This document shows positions 43,845 through 46,280 of a stretch of 46,280 bases of DNA, piece by piece. The stretch's first letter is position 1. The number at the start of each line of letters is the position of its first letter. The position numbers and the translations under genes were made by a program. The notes under the pieces were generated by a model. It was not told the DNA's origin. It did not search any database and saw only the letters and a list, made by a program, of their open reading frames with translations. Source of the stretch: Stramenopiles sp. TOSAG23-2. Taxonomy: Eukaryota. The stretch lies in contig LT649282.1 in the NCBI GenBank assembly GCA_900128395.1, forward strand, positions 1 through 46,280. Reading direction: 5' to 3'.

Positions 43845-44873
43845 ATGGAGATGCTACAACCGGATGATATGCATCACCATTTTCGCGATGGGGACGTGTT
43901 GAAACAAACGGTACCTGCAGCAGCACGTCAATTTGCAAGAGTATTAGCAATGCCAAATTTAAAACCACCTGTCACAACTACAGAAATGGCATTACAATAT
44001 TACGATCGTTTAATGGCCCATGCACCTGAAAATTCAAATTTCAAGCCATTGATGACATTGTACATGACCGATAAAACGCCACCGGAAGAAATTGTAAAAG
44101 CAAAAGAAAGTGGAAAAGTTGTTGCTGTGAAATTATATCCTGCAGGTGCAACAACAAATAGTGATAGTGGTGTGACTGATATTAATTTATTAACACCAAC
44201 GTTGGAAAAAATGGCGGAGTTAGGAATTTTGTTATTAATTCACGGTGAAGTTACAACTAATGGTATTGATATATTTGATCGAGAAGCTAAATTTATTGAA
44301 ACGAAATTGAAACCATTGGTTGAAAAAGTCCCAAATTTAAAAATTGTGTTAGAACATTGTACAACAAAACAAGCTGTAGACTTTGTGATGGCAGCACCTG
44401 ATAACGTTGGTGCAACAATTACTCCACAACATTTATTGTATAATAGAAATGCTATCTTTTCCGGTGGTATTAATCCACATATGTATTGCTTACCAATTTT
44501 AAAACGAGAAGAACATCGTCAAGCATTATTAGGTGCAATTGCAAGTGGCAGTCCAAAATTTTTCCTCGGTACGGACAGTGCACCACATGCAAAACATATG
44601 AAATTGACCTGTTGTGGCTGTGCCGGTTGCTTCTCTGCATATTCTGCCATTGAATTATATGCAGAAGCATTTGAAAGTGTCAAATGTCTTGATAAATTAG
44701 AAAATTTTGCAAGTAAAAATGGTGCTACATTCTATGGTTTAGAATTGAATACGAAAAAAGTCAAACTGGAAGAAAAAAATTGGGTTGTCCCTGAGTCTGT
44801 ACCATTTGGTAATTATGTCGTCGTTCCATTACGTGCTGGCACAACAGTGAAATATAAATTAAACGCTGATTAA
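43845..44873 (+). CDS. pyrC: Monofunctional type II dihydroorotase (PyrC/URA4 type)
   Basis: [42 protein letters not shown] and FLGTDSAPH. Confidence 0.95.
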   Translation: MEMLQPDDMHHHFRDGDVLKQTVPAAARQFARVLAMPNLKPPVTTTEMALQYYDRLMAHAPENSNFKPLMTLYMTDKTPPEEIVKAKESGKVVAVKLYPAGATTNSDSGVTDINLLTPTLEKMAELGILLLIHGEVTTNGIDIFDREAKFIETKLKPLVEKVPNLKIVLEHCTTKQAVDFVMAAPDNVGATITPQHLLYNRNAIFSGGINPHMYCLPILKREEHRQALLGAIASGSPKFFLGTDSAPHAKHMKLTCCGCAGCFSAYSAIELYAEAFESVKCLDKLENFASKNGATFYGLELNTKKVKLEEKNWVVPESVPFGNYVVVPLRAGTTVKYKLNAD

Positions 44874-44947
44874 CGCGCGTGCACCGTGTATATTATATAT
44901 ATGTATATAGTTGTAAGTTTTTCTGATAAATCATCGTCTTTGTTTCA

Positions 44948-44960
44948 TACACACACACAT

Positions 44961-44995
<35 letters not shown>
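44948..44995. repeat. Compound (CA)n-(TA)n microsatellite
   Basis: Visible dinucleotide runs downstream of the dihydroorotase gene. Confidence 0.85.
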
Positions 44996-46280
44996 CAGAT
45001 ATATTATTAGTATTCTAATAAACCCCAGTGTAGAATTGATCAATTTGCTGTACGTAATAATTCAATATACATCAGATCAAAGTCAGCTGGTAAATAAAAA
45101 TTCTTAGAAGCTGGAGTGTATACCGAGCATCAAAAAAATGTTCTATGGTTTACCTTCCTTACCATCTAAGAGATATCTTTCTTTTTATATTAAATGAAAT
45201 ATATAAAAGAAATTGGCTTATATATCTATCTATTTTATGAACTGATATATGCATATATATTTTAAATAGGATACTTTCTTCTACCGGAATAATTTTGAAA
45301 ATTTGTCGCTAACAGATCCTTTTTACAATTTTGTGTTTTTTTTAAAAGTTCCGTAAAAATTAAACAAGGTTTTTTGATATTGAAAGAGACCTATTCAACA
45401 GGAGGTGATTCTTACGTTATGATGGGAGATGTCCACCTAACGTTAATTAATAGTGTACGCACTCGAAAAGAATGTTTGTGTACTGTCATATAGTGTTTTT
45501 AAATTTATTTTTAATTTGATCTCTAATACGTTCAACAGGTGTGGAAAACGTGGAGATGTTCCAGATGTCTGAGAGAATTAGAGATTGTACCATGAAATCG
45601 AAGAAGATTTTTGAGAGTATTTCGTTTATGAACCGATACAATAAATTTTACGTATATATATTTTTTTTATAATTTTATGTCCCCCCCCCCCCCCCCCATG
45701 CATATATTTTCAATTTTTAACCTTGACTTTGAAATCTTTTTCTTCGTAAGTAGTGGACTTTCCTTTACCCCAATCAACCAATGATTTGCCCAGTTTCTTC
45801 AAATACGTTGTGTCCCTTGAGCCACGCACCACGAGGCATTGTATTTCACTTTAATAATTGTCTTCTTACGTCTCTTTTTCGTCTTTCTTTCTACAACAGG
45901 TTCTGTAATTATGGCATTTCCTGAGTAGCCCGAAGGCCCGCTGCTGGCGAGAAGAAATCTGGAAATAAGAAATAATAAGGCAACAGTAGAAAGAAATAGG
46001 CAAAATATACTTAAAACTGCCACACACTACGTGATCTTTAGTACCTCTTCTGCCCTGAAGATCAGGAGCGGTAGGAGGCGATAGCATGGTGGGAGGTTTT
46101 GGTGGTTATTTTCCAGCAGCCTTTTTAAAAAAAAAAAAAACAATTGCTGGATGATTGCCAGAACAGATTACCACCATTCAAAAGAAGACGAACATATTAA
46201 TATTATACACACAGCACCACGCCACTATTTTTTTTCTCAATCCTGTACGTCGTGAAAATATATATTTATTCATTAATTAA

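Noticed and set aside
40918..44873. Bacterial HGT island (AKR plus PyrC-type dihydroorotase)
   Set aside because: Both families occur widely in eukaryotes, and composition and spacers match the rest of the window. A phylogeny would be needed to support it.
46050..46060. CTGCCCTGAAG matching the left TIR region at 11050
   Set aside because: Isolated 11-bp match with no extension and no partner repeat.
45300..46280. Short ORFs and exon-like patches at the right edge
   Set aside because: No consistent reading frame or spliced model could be built, and the window end limits context.

Overview
AT-rich, gene-dense, intron-poor eukaryotic DNA read with the standard code. Poly-Asn/Gln/Thr tracts and microsatellites suggest a unicellular eukaryote, but the lineage cannot be fixed from this window. 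About 21 genes lie mostly in alternating orientation: SAM+DUF445 membrane protein, a degenerate cyclophilin, RABL3, EF-hand+LRR protein, kelch protein, FANCD2-like protein, BSD protein (one 99-nt intron), Dpy-30-like protein, VPS41, JMJD5, a GT8+GT32 fusion glycosyltransferase, GST, UBA2, thiolase, a redox-inactive KDEL thioredoxin-fold protein, an aldo-keto reductase and a type II dihydroorotase. The main non-coding structures are a ~22-copy 35-bp GC-rich array bracketed by a perfect 12-bp inverted repeat (1.39-kb candidate non-autonomous element), a ~300-bp MITE-like element next to a GGAAAGCCW array, five 90-123-bp tandem duplications that may be assembly artefacts, a TACCWGGTA palindrome recurring upstream of genes, and TCGTA/TACGA hairpins recurring at gene 3' ends. 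No CRISPR array, tRNA, rRNA or transposase was recognised. All family calls come from motif recognition by eye, not database searches.
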